From IMG/VR virus record IMGVR_UViG_3300021978_000001, positions 128,001-192,000 of that record: a DNA stretch of 64,000 nucleotides; one strand, written 5' to 3'. The stretch's first letter is position 1; every line of letters begins with the position of its first letter. Origin of the DNA: a virus (taxonomy: Duplodnaviria; Caudoviricetes). A program made the translations under genes and the position numbers. Under the pieces are notes generated by a model. The model was not told where the DNA came from. It saw only the letters and a list, made by a program, of their open reading frames with translations, and did no database searches. This document shows, piece by piece, positions 63,293-64,000 of this stretch.

Positions 63293-63406
63293 GTCGCTCC
63301 TCACATGGTTAATACGAGATGACCTACCAGTAACACAGCACACGGGCAAAAAACTTCCCAGTCGCGCTTTGCTCTACTACACACCGTATAAGAGCATCCT
63401 CCAGCG

Positions 63407-63982
63407 CTACTCCTCGAAGCAACAATCATAGAGCATACGTTCGAGCACCTCGGAGAGATCCCTGGCGCGGTTGAATCCAGGCGCCACTTCTCCCGCCAAT
63501 CCGAGCTTATGGACCGCAAGAGCCGTGCGTGAGAAAGGTCTGTCCTTGCGGGTAGGATCAGGTGCCCAAATCCGATTGGTCGCACAACAAAACGTCCACG
63601 CCTTACGTGGCCAAACATCACCCACATACCAGGTCACGCCATTTTCGAGGCGCGTGTAAATCAACTCGCGCACCCCAACTTGCTGATAAGCAAGACCCTC
63701 CACACCTTCGAGACGCAGGTACGCATTATGCTCGAAGTCTTCGGGGCGGTCCACGTAACTACCGAACCATGGCCAATCGAAAAGATCCAGCACATGCCCG
63801 AGCATCGCCCAACGCATGTGCGTATCTGCTACAGGGATCGCAACCTGGAGAAAGTGGTGCGTCTTTCCCAAATGACCCGGGCGACCGCACTGCAAATAAT
63901 GCAAAGGACGATGGGAGGTAAACCCCGCATCCTTGAGCGTGGCATCCAACAAGTCCTGATAGAAGGCGTTGACCAACATCAC
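63407..63982 (-). CDS. hypothetical protein with MLVNAF N-terminus
   Basis: 191-aa ORF; N-terminus matches the 14.4-15.3 kb pair. Confidence 0.7.
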   Translation of the reverse strand: MMLVNAFYQDLLDATLKDAGFTSHRPLHYLQCGRPGHLGKTHHFLQVAIPVADTHMRWAMLGHVLDLFDWPWFGSYVDRPEDFEHNAYLRLEGVEGLAYQQVGVRELIYTRLENGVTWYVGDVWPRKAWTFCCATNRIWAPDPTRKDRPFSRTALAVHKLGLAGEVAPGFNRARDLSEVLERMLYDCCFEE

Positions 63983-64000
63983 TCAATCCAGGTGCAAGAT

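Noticed and set aside
1-64000. CRISPR array, rRNA, IS transposase, integrase, inteins or introns in lon/gyrB
   Set aside because: No regularly spaced repeats or such motifs seen; lon and gyrB are of normal length

Overview
The window looks like part of a huge (jumbo) phage genome of about 58-60% GC. Almost all genes lie on the minus strand and are tightly packed, most are short hypothetical ORFs, and 19 canonical tRNA genes are dispersed among them, none encoding CCA. No capsid, terminase or integrase gene is present, so the phage call is an inference and the host cannot be named. Recognisable genes: a LamG/cadherin-like/PKD adhesin with neighbouring virion-type proteins, GroES, Lon, a GyrB-type topoisomerase subunit, an ECF sigma factor, dUTPase, guanylate kinase, oligoribonuclease, a (p)ppGpp-hydrolase-type HD protein, macrodomain, ADP-ribosylglycohydrolase, Nudix, CYTH, PAP2, an EEP phosphodiesterase, a DEDDh exonuclease, two HNH nucleases, an AAA ATPase and a tandem cold-shock protein. 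About 18 sigma70-like promoters (TT[G/T]AC[A/G/C]-N17/18-TA) recur. The strongest candidate for something new is a set of non-canonical tRNA-scaffolded RNAs. Two tRNA shells 20 kb apart (10-86 and 20807-20898) carry the same 25-nt covarying hairpin motif inserted in the D-loop. A third 151-nt RNA between two tRNA-Pro genes has an acceptor-like stem ending in ACCA, a pseudoknot and an anticodon-like loop. Other notable items are an Ig-like domain split by an in-frame TGA, inverted repeats pairing promoter sequence with Shine-Dalgarno sites, a palindromic bidirectional promoter behind the sigma gene, and tRNA-Leu(AAG). All calls were made by eye; no searches or folding programs were run.
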